Source: the human T2T-CHM13v2.0 reference genome, Homo sapiens
Length of the DNA stretch: 64,000 nt
Assembly (NCBI RefSeq): GCF_009914755.1
Contig: NC_060927.1
Direction: 5' to 3' (one strand)
The translations under genes and the position numbers were made by a program. Shown piece by piece: positions 27,931 to 41,339 of the stretch. The notes below the pieces were generated by a model, which was not told the origin of the DNA, did not search any database, and saw nothing but the letters and a program-made list of their open reading frames with translations. Within the stretch, counting starts at the first letter, position 1. Each line of letters opens with the position of its first letter.

Positions 27931-29105
27931 AGATGGACAGCAAAAATGCAACCAGTTTAAATACTATTTTAAATTTAAGGCATTTCCTCCAATCTTTGAA
28001 AGTAAAGTTTTATGTATGTTTTAATCAGTGTAAAAATTTTGTACTACCAAAAATGAATTTATATAAATGAAACAATTCAATAAATGATGAAAATGTTCAT
28101 TTGTTACATTTATAGCATACTAACTTCTTTCTGGAAGTATGTTATACCCCCTGATTTACTAAATTATTAATTATAATTTTACTAGTTTAAATTATGCTAT
28201 TAATGATTCCTTATAAGAAAATAAACACACATATTGTATCTTCAACTAAGGGTTGGGAACGACAAGGACAGTGAAATTATACTCCCAACACAAATAATAG
28301 CTTTCTATTAGGTTTGCTATTTCACCTGAATAATTCCTTATAATCATGAATAATGATGTTATTCGACAACCTAATGATATCATGGTGTGTAGCTTCAATC
28401 CATCTGTCTTTGTCAAGAAGGTCAAATATTTGTACTCCACTGCACTAGGCAAAGTTGAACAAACAGTTAAACAATATCACACACCTTAATTACTCCTTCA
28501 AATGAAACCAGCAACTACCATTTTACCTGATTCTAGGACCTGTGAAATAAAAACCTACTTCAAAGATATTTAATCTGTATACACTTTTACACCAAATTTA
28601 AGCTCAATTTAAAAAAAAAATAAAAGTGGTTAAACTCAAGAAAAAGCCCCAAGATTTTCTAAGGGTATTGTTAATTGGTTGTTGCTGTAAAATGTTTTGT
28701 GAATAACAAAATATTCCAGGAACTTTTAACAAAGATCTGGAATACTTCATGTGTTATCTTGACATTGGCTTAAAGGTAAGAATAAAGCAATAGCGTGATA
28801 GATGTGAACTATAGTTCCTATAAATAAATGCTTCATAGTGTTTGCTTTGCTTCGAGATTCCATGAGTGACCAAGGAGTTGAAGGGGATAAAAACTCCCCA
28901 TTCACTGTTTCTACAGAGCCTCTACAAGACCTGGACCCTTGGGGCTGGGGGATGGTGAATATAGCAAGGTATGATGTGGGCATACTTAAATGATTTGCAG
29001 CAAAATAATGTTTATATTAAAAATCCTGTTTTCCTTCCTTCCACCCTTCTGCTTTTTCTTAAATCTCACCAAAGCTTTATTGCTGCACAAAAATGAAGTC
29101 CTTAG

Positions 29106-29456
<351 letters not shown>

Positions 29457-29499
29457 TCTCTGTGTTTTTTTAAACATTATTGAGCATGCAAACTTGTTT

Positions 29500-29835
29500 C
29501 TGCCCCTGAGCCTTTGTTCTTGTTTCCTTCTACCTGGACTTGGCTGCCCATTGTCCCACAATGGGCTGGTCCCTCCTCGTTAGTTCTTACAGCACGTGTC
29601 ACCGGCAAAGAGAAGACTTCCCTACCACTCTGTCTCAAGCAGTCCCTCACTCTCAATCATACTCTTCTTATTTTATTCAGAGTAGAAAATCATGTTGTTT
29701 GTGATTTATGGGTTTACATTTATGGGTTTCATCTTTTATGGTAAACCTCTGCACACAAGAATAAAAGTAGGATCGTTAGCTGACTATTCATTATTGTATA
29801 CCTGGGGTCTGGCACATAGCAGAAACTAATTAAAT
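29500..29835 (+). mobile_element. L2 3' remnant
   Basis: CCTTTGTTCTTG..TTCCTTCTACCTGG ... GTCTGGCACATAGCAG..CTAATTAAATG. Confidence 0.55.
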
Positions 29836-29886
29836 GATAAATTTACATATTCATTCATTTACAATAGACAACTCTGTGTCTAATTT

Positions 29887-30085
29887 GAGGTCAGCAAATG
29901 ACGGCCCTAGAGCCAAACCTGCCTGATACCTATTTTTGTAAATAAAGTTTTATTGGAACACAGCCCTGTTTGCCCGTTTACCAATTGATGATGTTGCTTT
30001 CACACTAGAATGGCCTAGTGGTGTAGTTACAACAGAGACCACATGGCCCAGAAAAGATTTACAGAAAAAGTTTGCTAGCTCCTGG
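29887..30085. mobile_element. MER58A-type element, opposite orientation to the 27708 copy
   Basis: TTTTTGTAAATAAAGTTTTATTGGAACACAGCC ... TTTACAGAAAAAGTTTGCT. Confidence 0.85.
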
Positions 30086-30262
30086 TCTACTACACAGTAT
30101 ATGTTCTCAAATAAATAAAATAAAGTACAGTCATTGCTTTTAAAGGAGTTCTGGTCCATTGTGTGTTTTTATTCAAACACTTTTAGATTAAAATTCTATG
30201 GCCCAAAAGAAAGCTCCTTTAAAACTGTAAGCATCACCTAGCAAGAGTTGTATTGGTGCTGT

Positions 30263-30613
<351 letters not shown>

Positions 30614-30726
30614 TCATAAAGAACTAACACAGTGCCTGGCCCCTGGTAAGTACTATACAAGCCTTGATTGGCTTCTTTTTGGAAGAAAACATTATATCCG
30701 GTGGCTAACACAGGGCTTGGCACATA

Positions 30727-30807
30727 TTCGGTTGGTGCAAAAGTAACTGCAGTTTTCACAATAAAAGTAATGGCAAAAACCTCAATTGCTTTTCCATCCC
30801 AACCTAA
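30727..30807. mobile_element. MADE1 MITE (Hsmar1-derived, miR-548-like palindrome)
   Basis: TA-TTCGGTTGGTGCAAAAGTAACTGC...GGCAAAAACCTCAATTGCTTTTCCATCCCAACCTAA-TA. Confidence 0.92.
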
Positions 30808-31592
30808 TAGCAAGTAACAGTCAAGATCTGTTGAACTGAATTGAAGTGAACTTGACTCTTTCAGCCAGAGGGACTAACAGGCTAATCTGTGAAATTAGTG
30901 GGCAAAAAACTGATTCACTCACCTGAGAACAAGCCATTCTGTAAAATAGGCTGAGAAACCATTTCTCACCAACATTTTTCAGGGATGACTTGAAGTAATA
31001 TGATCCAAGGAGCCAGATTTCAATATACGTTTAATGTTTTTTGATAACTCGTTGTAGGTAGCCACTATTTATCTTGAGTTACAAAGATACATAAACACAA
31101 AATTTAAACAGTAATTTGAGTCACAGACTCCCAGAGTTGCAATACTATCCCCTGTAATACTCAGTTCTATAGATATTTTTTCTTTTAAAGGATCCAAACT
31201 AACCCACATTTACGCCAGCTTTTCCAATTATGACTAACCGATGCATATTATTTCTCCAAATCTTGACGGTCTAAGCTAATGCCTCTCACAGTTGACTCAC
31301 AGATGGAAGTCACAATTATTTGGGAGTGGCTGGCTTTTTGTTTTGAGTTCCATTTCCTGGCTCCTACGCTCAACTTTTGAATTCAGAATCCTTAGAGTGA
31401 GAAATCATGGCAGAGTCCGGAATCTCCATTTTAACAAACACCCTAGGTGATGCTCGGTCCTTTAGAAATCTGTTATTTTAGATCAAGAGATCATATATCC
31501 ACATTAAGAAATACCAAGTAGCTATCAACTTTTGGAACCACTACTTTCCTCTATTGGAAATGTAACGAAGTGATACTGTGTGTTTTACTTGG

Positions 31593-33297
31593 AGTTATTC
31601 ATATTACTGTATATTACATGCATACACATGCATATTACGCACTCAGTACTTGTAGGAGTGAAGTACTCAAAGAAAAGCTAAAATGTGGCATCTTTGCCAT
31701 CCAGGCGGTTCTTTGATAAGCAGCATACGCATAAATGATGTAAACAAATGATACAATGACCCATGACTGAGAGACCGATGAGTAGACATGCAACAAGATT
31801 TCAGAGAAAGAAGCAATCAAGGGGGTCTAGGTTGTCAGTGATGTGAAAAATTGCCTTCTTTGGATCCAGTAGAGGAGGCAGGAAGTACAAAAAGTGATAG
31901 TAGTTATCACACTCTAGAGGTGTCCCAGGACCTTGTTCTTCTCTCAGTTAAGATCTAAGATCTTAGAACACAGGAAGAGTAAAGCAAGAACTATGGCCTT
32001 CTAAGTTATTAATCCCAGCAGCCTGGGAAAGATTACTAAGGCTTTGAAAGCTGGCCAAAAGTCATTGCATCTCAGTGGTCATAGAGGAAGACCTGGGCCA
32101 CCATGAACTGAACCAGTAAGAAGCCCCTGTCTCCAAGGAGCTGTCCTGAATGACCTTGCACGGCACAGCATTCTCTTTATCTTCCTGTGGCATCAGTAAT
32201 AAAAATCATTGGCTGGTCTCCTCATTTGACATCTAATCAAACACTTCACTCGGAAGTTACTTTTCTTGCGGGTTTAGGTCTTAACCCTCCAAGGATCCTG
32301 CAAAGTTCTAGAGGACAGAGTGTCAGCAACTCCCCCAGTGCTTAGCACAATAATGTCAGGCATCATAAAAAGATCTTGTTTAATCATTTGATAATTTTTT
32401 ATTTATTGCCTACCATGTACCAGACATTGTGTTAAGCACTCAATAGAACAGACAGCTAGATCCTAAACCCAATGGCAGTGACAAAACCGTCTGTAGTCAT
32501 GAGGGCTGACGACAACACTATGACTATAGTAAAAGCCATTAAAATCACTTTAAATTGGTGAATTGCACGGTGTGTGAAGTATATATCAAAAATGCTATTA
32601 TAAAAAAATCAAAATGGCAGAAAGGAAGATGGTCAAGCCTTAGAAATTCACTTGGTGAAAGGTTAGAAAAAACACATCCAGAACTTAGTTACTCCTATTT
32701 AGATGGTGACTGTGACACATTAGTAATACTTGACGGTACTGTAGCTGAATACTGAATATTAAGAAAATTGGAATGCTTCTCAGAAGCAACAAAACAATGA
32801 AACTACATTTATGCTGTATTGGTTAAGAACATAGGTGTCAGAATCAGAAAAACATGTGATCAGTTCCAGGTTCTCTTCCTTAGTTGTGTGACTTTGGTCA
32901 AACTGCTTACCTATCTGAGCCTCAATTTCTTCATCAGTAAAATAACTTTAAAATATAGTAATGCTCAATAATTCTTAGCTAGTAATCAAATAATGCAAAT
33001 TAGCATAATACATTCTCACTTATAAAATTAGCATATATTAGGAAAATTATTACTATTCAATGAGTAGTAGCAAAATGTTTTTCCACTTTGCTTTTGGGTA
33101 CATGTGAAATTCTGTTGTATGTCTACTCATTGAGATCTCAAACATTTATTATCATGACATTTACATAATTTATGTGTAGGTACCTTATCCAAGAAGGCCT
33201 ATGATAGCAAAGATGCTATGTCTCAGTTTTCTTTGAATACTTCACTCCTACAATTACTGAGTGTGTATGCATGTAATATACAGTAATATAAATAACT
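31593..33297. repeat. Long inverted repeat, arms 31593-31803 and 33105-33297, 1.3-kb spacer
   Basis: Manual alignment: 34/35 and 34/36 identity in the two outer blocks, roughly 70% over the inner 130 nt. Confidence 0.92.
32815..32960 (+). mobile_element. MIR
   Basis: GGTTAAGAACATAGG...TGTGTGACTTTGG...CTGAGCCTCAATTTCTTCATCAGTAAAA. Confidence 0.75.
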
Positions 33298-33926
33298 GAT
33301 AAATGTATGGGCACATACATTTTATATTGGTTGTGGCATGACTTCTAATAGTGAAAGTTATGAAACAAACTAAATATTCAAAACCAGGTGAAATAATTAT
33401 AGTTAATCAAATTGATGAAATATTATGAAACCACTGAAAATGAAGTTAATGAATAAGAAACATTAACTTTAAACAATAAGAAAAAACTTACGGTATTAGG
33501 ACCAAAAGAAAGGGATATCATACTATATGTAGAGTAGTGTTGTGTTCTAGTTTTATCTAAAACTGTTTTGGAGAAGATGGAAGAAAACAAAACATTTTAA
33601 AAGATTAACAGGGATTATCTCTGGGCAGTAGGATTATGAGTCTTTTTACTTCATACTTTTGTGCATGAAAAAAATTAACAGTATTAAATTCTTGCTCATT
33701 TTATTTATAATAAATACATGCAGTATTGATTTTAAGAAAGAGCAAAAAAGCCTTCTTTTACGTATCACCAGATTATATCACAAAGTGACGTTAATTTTAC
33801 TACACAGATAAATGACCACATAGCTCAAATGACCAGAAAAAAAGAATTGTGAAGTATATTCTCAAAATATAAGCATCCAACCATATTGATAGCCACCAAT
33901 GTCAGTCACACTTAAAAAGATTTTTT

Positions 33927-34214
33927 GGCCGGGCAGCGTGCCTCACGCCTGTAATCCCAGCACTTTGGGAGGCCGAGGCGGGCAGATCATGCGGTCAGGA
34001 GATCGAGACCATCCTGGCCAACATGGTGAAACCCCGTCTCTACTAAAAATACAAAAATTAGCTGGGCATGGTGGCACGCGCCTGTAATCCCAGCTACTCG
34101 GGAGGCTGAGGCAGGAGAATCACTTGAACCTGGGAGTTGGAGGTTGCAGTGAGCCAAGATCTCCACTGCACTCCAGCCTGGCGACAGAACGAGACCCCGT
34201 CTCAAAAAAAAAAA
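33927..34214 (+). mobile_element. Alu (AluSc-like)
   Basis: Full dimer with GGTCAGGAGATCGAGACCATCCTGGCCAACATGG. Confidence 0.96.
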
Positions 34215-36259
34215 TTTTTTTTTTGGTTCAACAAAGCTGCTTAGTAAGTAGTTTAAAGTTATTTATTATTCTAACCCAAATGTTTCACATCACAGTAATT
34301 TGTTAAATATAATTGTATAACATAGTAAAACGTGAACTGCCAAATACAATATATTGATCGAAGGAGTCTCATGAAGCTTTGAGAGCTTCAGCGATAGTGG
34401 ACAGGCTGTATTCAACCGCAGCTCCAAAGGAGAAAGTGATTAACAAAATAAGAAAATAATTAATTCAAAAGAAAATATGCTTTAGAAATATGTGATTTTT
34501 TAATTGTGAGAAGGATAAAATGGTTCCTTAAGGTCATGTAACTGTTAGCTACACAGGTAGCCTTTCTGCCCGGTAGTAAGCCCAATGTGGAAATGAAATT
34601 TAGTAGTGATTTAATTTATAATTATTTTTCAAAGTTTGAGGAATAGGAACAACTACATTATGTTCAATAGTCTGAAAGCACAAATTCTGACCTTTAAGTT
34701 CAAAGTGGAAGTCAAACTGCTATACGTCAGCATGACAACATCAAGAAAAACCAACAGGTCCCAGGGGACAAGGGGAATACCTGCTTCCCTGCCCACTATC
34801 ACCCCAAAAGTTTTGTCAGAACTATTTTGGACATTTGTCAAAGATGTATTTTTTTTTCCTATTTAGATCATGAGCTGTAAAAACAGAAAAAAACAAAATA
34901 ATGGGCAGAAATCTATCTGAAACCCACTACTTTTTTTCCTTCCTTTATTTTAATAGATAAAAGGCTAAACCAGGTCATCTACCTAAACAAGACTGGTTCC
35001 AGGCCTCTGCTATGGCTAAGTAGTTAAGAAAATGATTTTTGCAATTAGGATGGTCTCATTTATATTGGGACTTCACTACTTACTAGGTGGGTGAGTGTGG
35101 ACAGATTACTTCCATACCCCTAGGCTTCTTTCAGCATCTGTATAAAGGGCCATTAAGTCAGAATTAAATAAGTGGTAGCTGTTATTACTAAATATAAAAG
35201 CCTCATAGAAAAGATATGTTAGTTATTAGAAAGAAAATTTTCCCTAAAACTTCTTTTAAAACATCTTATGACAAAGTTACAGAAATATTTTTAAGCCGTT
35301 TGTAACTAATACAGACGCACATTCTCTCTCATATTTACACTTTTCACCTTTGCTTCCCATCTGGAGGAGATCATCCTCCAAGGTTTCTTCCAGCATATTT
35401 TATGATAATCAGACTATGAATTGGGAATACATATTATTTGGGCTCCGTTTTTGATTGCTATTTTTCATGTGGTAAATCCCAGAGAGCTGCCCAAATCCCC
35501 TGCTGATTATCTTGGCCAAGATGTTGATAAACTCTTAGATTCCTGCTATCCCATTGGCATCCATTAGTATTGCAATGGCATTCTTTCATCCAACGGACAA
35601 AACCTCTTTCCAAATTCTGACAACTTCTATATTATCATCATTCTTCTAATGTTAATAAGCTTGAATTTGGTAACATTAACCCCACAGTTACCAAATATGG
35701 CCTCCTCATGCCAACCCACCTCTGCTTTTTGTAGAAGAAACTATTAGGCCATTTGTAAAAGTCTGGTTTGATGACTCCTCATTTTGTGGCAATTTCATAA
35801 ATATGACCAACTTTATCATTAGTCTTATTTTCTTTCAATTAATCAACAAAGCCATGAGTAAAATGTGAAAATTTAATAGTCTTTTCCCATGATTTCTCAC
35901 AGACAATATAATTGAGCTTTCCATGTTATTTTACAGTTCTTTTTATATGGTAGGCACTAATGAAGTAGTCCACAAACACTGGTTACATAGCACACATGGT
36001 TGATGTCTATTTTTCACATGGTACTTTGAGGGTGGAGGGTAGGTGGGAAGGGATGGATGTATTCCATAGGATCTGTAGCAACAAGTATAAAGCTAATTTT
36101 GTAAACTGCAACTCCTGAACACTGGTGCCTTTGGAGAAATTATTTATCATATATTATCTATATTACAGAGATTGTGTTTGGCAAATCCACAGTTTTAGAG
36201 TCAGTACACAAGGCAGATAATCATTTGTCTGAAAATCTCGGACAAGTGTGTTTACTATC

Positions 36260-36681
36260 TATAGTAGATGGCACCATTTTCTTCACAAATATTTATTCTC
36301 CTCTTCTCCTACATCGTGGGAGGAGTATACTACTTTGCTTTACTGATTTCAAGATGGTCATGTGATGTGCTTTGGCCAATGGATCACAAGTGGATATAAC
36401 ACATGGCCCTCCCAAAGGAAGCTTTAAACGTATGTGTGTGGTCTGGGTTGGCCTTCTAACCTCCTGCCCTCTACCATAGGAGCAAAATGTTCCAGATAGG
36501 GGCTGCTTCTTCAGCCTGCGTAAATGGAATGAGAAGACAATGGAGCAGACCCAAAGCCAGCTGAGCCCAGCCAAGACCAGCAGAGCCACAGCTGACCTGC
36601 AGATTTGTGAACAAGAATGAATGATGTTGTTGTAAACTACCAAGATTCCAGGTTGTTGCCCCATAAAAACTGACTGATATA
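36260..36681 (+). mobile_element. MLT1-type MaLR solo LTR
   Basis: ATGTGATGTGCTTTGGCCAATGG, GGCTGCTTCTTCAGCCTG, end AACTGACTGATATA. Confidence 0.75.
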
Positions 36682-36699
36682 CTATCCCTAAGTCTTAAT

Positions 36700-38050
36700 T
36701 ACTTCATTTAATAAATTGTGATTTAGTGTGTGTAAAACATAGTGCTGAAGTTACTATAGTGAAAAAAAAGCATATACTGCCCCTGCTCTCATAGTCTAGA
36801 GGAAGAAAATGGAAATTGCACCATCATTCTAGCACATGTGAATTACAAACAAGTAAATGCTATCAAGGAAAGAAATGTGGTTCCATTAGAACATATAATA
36901 AAGGAAAGTGGCCAAGACTGAGGTTTCAAAAGAGCCCTTCTAGAAGAAGGGATACGTGAGTTGGCATTGGTAGAATGAACAGGAGTTAGCAAGGTAAAAA
37001 GACAATGCAAAAACATTCCAGTCAAGAGAGAAACAACATGCAAAGGCCTATGGCTAAAGGAAACACGATTTGGTGGAGGAATGAAAGAGGCTAGTATGGC
37101 TGGGCATGAAGGAAAGAGGGAGGCCTGGCATGTGGTGAGATTAGAGAGAAAGACTGAAGCAAGACCAGAGGCCTTTAAAGGCCATGTTTTAAAAGCTAGG
37201 GTCTTTATCCTATGTACGAAAGGAAGCTAGCAAAGGTTTTTTGTTTTGTTTTGTTTCATTTTGTTTTTTTACAACAACAACAGCAGCAACAACAAAACTT
37301 GTATTTTAAGCTCAGGGGTACGAGGGTAGGTTAGTTACATAGGTAAACTCGTGTCATGGCGGTTTGTTGTACAGATTATTTCATCACCCAGGTATTAAGT
37401 CTAGTACCCGTTAGTTATTTTTCCTGATCCTCTCCCTCCTTCCATCTTCCACCCTCTGATAAGCCCCAGTATACATTGTTTCCTCGGCCCATATGTCCTT
37501 GTGTTCTCATCATTTAACTCCCACTTATAAGTGAGAACATGTGGTATTTGCTTTCCTGTTCCTGCATTAGTTTGCTAAAGACAATGGCCTCCAGCTCCAT
37601 CCATGTCCTTGTAAAGGACATGATTTCATTCTTTTTATGGCTGCATAGTATTCCATGGTGTATATGTACAACATTTTCTTTATCCAGTCTACCACTGATG
37701 AGCATTTAGGTTGATTCTATATCTTTGCTATTGTGAATAGTGCTTCGGTGAACATATGCATGCATGTGTCTTTATAGCAGAATGACAAAGGTTTTTCAAT
37801 GGGGATAAAGTAAGGAGTTCTTCATCAGTTTGTGTTTGATAAAGCTCTGACTGCTAGCTACATGGAGAATGTATTGCAGGGAATGTAGAGTGAAGACAAT
37901 AAATAAGCTGAGTGAGGAATGCTGGTGGCTTGGATTAGGGCACTGGCATTAGAAATTAGAGAAATAGATAGATTTGTGAAATTTAGGAAGTAAAACCAGC
38001 AAGATCAGCACTGTGAATACAGTATTGCATGTTAGAAAAAGAAGGATGTT
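36700..38050 (-). mobile_element. L2, split by an L1 insertion
   Basis: CCCTGCTCTCATAGTCTAG ... CATGCAAAGGCCTATGG ... GGTGGCTTGGATTAGGG. Confidence 0.65.
37242..37785 (-). mobile_element. L1PA (15/16-like) 3' end
   Basis: L1 3' UTR and ORF2 end on minus strand; TSD CAAAGGTTTTT at about 37231 and 37786. Confidence 0.92.
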
Positions 38051-38779
38051 CTATAGTACTACTATCCATGAAGCGATAGATCTTACAATAAAGAAGGAAT
38101 CTAAGAAATAATGTCTCTGGATTATGAATTTGACTTAATTTATCAATTAGGTTTGACTACTTGAAAATAACCCATAATGGTAGGTAATTTCAACTCCCTG
38201 CCACCACAGTTACAGGTGGAAACTGTTATTACTGAATAATGGTGTGAGCATAAATGATGTTTGTCAAACTTGTGAATCTTAGGAAAACTCTTTGGACAAG
38301 TGAGTGAATATTAATTTAGACTTCATTGGAGAGTTCAAGTTTTTTCTCTTTCCATATAATCTATGTCATCTTTTTGGAAAAGGTGAAAACAAAAAAATAG
38401 ATAATACAAAGTACTTCAAAATGCCAAAGACTACCCTCTGAGCTAGCTTGAATTCTATTCCTTCTATTTATTTGGATCAATTCTTATCCAAATCTGTGAG
38501 ATTTGTATATTATGAGGGTGTTTTCTTTGACATCTTAAAGTTCAAAGATGTGTTTCAACAATCTTTAGAGTAGGTACTTATGGCATCACAGCTTAGCTTC
38601 TCAAAAAGCCAATTATAAGACACAGCTGTTACCATGCCAAATTCCTATATATTTGGTTTTAAAAAAAACTAATTCTACACCTGGCTGATGAAGTAAAGAC
38701 GAACGTGATAGTATAAATGTACAGACACAAATCACTGCTTTAAGATTCCCTCTCTAGACCCACATAGTACATATCTGTG

Positions 38780-39140
38780 GTGTCTACCAGCTAAGCTTCT
38801 CTTCCTATATTCCCACCCAAATTCTTTTGGGGTACCTGCAACTCCCCCATTGCAAGCAGTCCTGGTAGGCTATCAAATAAAACACCTTATCTACCAAGCA
38901 AGAGATCCAGGACAGGCCAAACAGATGGCGTGCTCCAGGAATGTGACTCTTGGCGATTCCAAATGATACCAGGACATGTATGGTTGGAGCTACATCACTT
39001 CAATGGCAGCATCCTGAGGAGACTGTCATTACCGCAACCAGGATACCCAGAGCTGCCCCAACTTCTATTATTTCTGAGGCCTGTTTGTGCTCAGCTTTCA
39101 AATTTCAGTCTATGACCTGCTTCCCATAGCTTTCCAATCT
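38780..39140 (+). mobile_element. Old ERVL-type LTR remnant (LTR33/LTR16-like)
   Basis: GGCAGCATCCTGA...CCAGAGCTGCCCC...CCCATAGCTTTCCAAT; recalled similarity only. Confidence 0.35.
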
Positions 39141-39669
39141 TGTGTACTATTACATAAGTAGAAGCTGATTCTCAGATAAGACAAGTTGTCCAAAATCACA
39201 CAGATAATAAATAGATGAATTAGGATTCACATCTCTGTTAGACTGAATCCACATTCATAATCTTAATAAATTCATTATACTGTTCCTATGATCACATCTC
39301 AAATGGAATTTGCAAAAAGCCCAGTAACATTTGTTCATTGCCTTAGCCTACCACTTAGAAATTACAATGAAATGTTAACTATATCTGCTATTTTGCTATT
39401 CGCAAGTGACAGATGACTTGGAAAGCATGTCCACTTTAGTCCTCTAAGCACATTTACATTTTCATATTGCCTTCACATGACATTTCTGTGGCTACACTTG
39501 CAATCCAGACTAGTCTTTCATCCTCTGTTGACAATGATCTGTTTCATTTTCAGAGAAAACTACCCAATAAGTCTCTTTAACGTTATGGATATAGTCTTTC
39601 TAAGGAATAGGAAGAAAATATTTTTTCATTGTCTTACAGTTTTTTTGTTTCAATGAATACATCACGTAC

Positions 39670-39843
39670 CTGGTAAAGAAACCTTGCTACCGTCTCAACC
39701 TTTGCCAACATTATCATTCACAGAGATTCCAATGAGTGATACAAACCCTAGCAGCTTCAGCCTACAGCTTGGTGAGGTTGACTACAAAGAGCGCCCATCC
39801 CAGAGTTACTAGTACTCTTATTTTGCCATCTTTATTTTTGTCT
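39670..39843 (-). other. Candidate non-coding internal exon (174 nt)
   Basis: Strong acceptor TTTTATTCATTTTCCAG/AGAC and donor TTACCAG/GTACGT; stop codons in all three frames. Confidence 0.5.
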
Positions 39844-40824
39844 CTGGAAAATGAATAAAATGTCAGCTTCAGTAGCAACATACTGTGGAATTCATAAAAC
39901 AAAGGTCAGGTATGAAGAACACAGGAAACCAATGGTAGCAAAAGGAAACCCAATGCCTGAGCTGGCCATCTTGGCGAGTGGGGAAAACTAGAACAGCACT
40001 GAAAACCAAGCATAGTTAAGCCAGGATTGATGGGTAACAGCTGCACTTTGCAATTCACCTGCAATTCAGATCCAATTTCACATATTCTGCAAGCCCAAAA
40101 AAGGCCAATTATTGTGAAGTTTCTATAAGAGTTTAAACGGCCATGATTCATTTTTGTTTTCCTTTAGGAATTTTAGGACCCCCTAAGAAGTATTCTCTCT
40201 TCTACATATCATTTCTAGGCCTTGAATTTGAATGGAGCATCTGCTGAGTATAATGGACCTATTTGGCCTTTTATCTCATTTTTTGTGAAGCTAGTCAAAT
40301 ATGTATCCTTCCACTAGGGTCAGCATCGACTAGATGGACTGGGAAGAATTTCATTAGAAAATGAGATCTCATGGGAGACGATAAAGACCAGGCTTCCAAG
40401 ACAAAGAGATGTGAGTTCAAGTCTCTGGTATTTACTAGCTGAAGGGCTGTGGGCAATCATGTTACCTTCTTGAACCTGCTCCCCCACCTCCCCCCACACA
40501 CACAATATAGAAATACCTAATTTGTACAATTACGAATCCAAAATATTAAATTTAAATTTAAGGTTTTAGCACAATGGCACATAGGAATGACTATAGTGCC
40601 ATTATTAAAAATCCAGTAAGTGCATTTATGCACCATATAATGTAGTATATGTTGTAAATTCAATAGTATATAATAGAATCATAGTCTCTAACCTCGGAGG
40701 TCTTACATCTAATGTTAATGACAAACCAAGAATAAATTCCAGTAAGGGGGTGAAAAGTGTTCTGATGATGGGGGAAATGCAGGTAATAATGAGTAGCTAT
40801 TTTATTATTAAAAACGTAAAACAC

Positions 40825-41060
40825 ATGTACAGCAGAGTGGTCAAGAATCTAAACTCTATCATCAGAATGCCTAGGTGTGAGTCTCATGTCTGCCCATTAC
40901 TTTCAGTGAGACTTTGCATAAGGTTATCCATCAGTGAAATTAAAATGATAATATTAACTATCTTAAAGGGTTTTCACAAGGATTAACAGAGAAAATATGT
41001 ATGGTACTGAGAATGGTGCTGGAGATATACTAATCCTTCAATAAATATTACCTATAATTA
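40825..41060 (+). mobile_element. MIR
   Basis: AGTGGTCAAGAAT...TGCCTAGGTGTGAGTC...AAGGATTAA...CAATAAATATTA. Confidence 0.65.
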
Positions 41061-41339
41061 CCACCATTATGCCAATTCCATCAGTACTGAGCTATACAGA
41101 AATGGTCGACACCCTTCAGAATGTCTCCTTCTACACAGACAAACATCGCTTTATGTGTTTTAAGACAATCAAGCTATAACTAGAGAAAAATCTAAGGTAT
41201 CTCTAAAGACACTTTCAACTCAGACCATTTATCTTTAATCAAAAATTTGGAAATTTTGATGTTAAAATTCTGAAATTATTTTGAGGGTACTATAGGGTCT
41301 TAGAATAAATAGAAGAGAAAAATAAACATAAAATGAGAG

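Noticed and set aside
31593-33297. Reading the long inverted repeat as TIRs of a MuDR-like transposon
   Set aside because: No target-site duplication in the flanks (TTTACTTGG vs GATAAATGT) and no transposase remnant seen; not fully excluded
34325-35450. Possible third inverted pair (34325-34440 vs 35343-35450) and 7-bp hairpin TGAAGCT/AGCTTCA at 34372-34390
   Set aside because: Only two short gapped blocks match, which I cannot distinguish from chance by eye; needs a scored alignment
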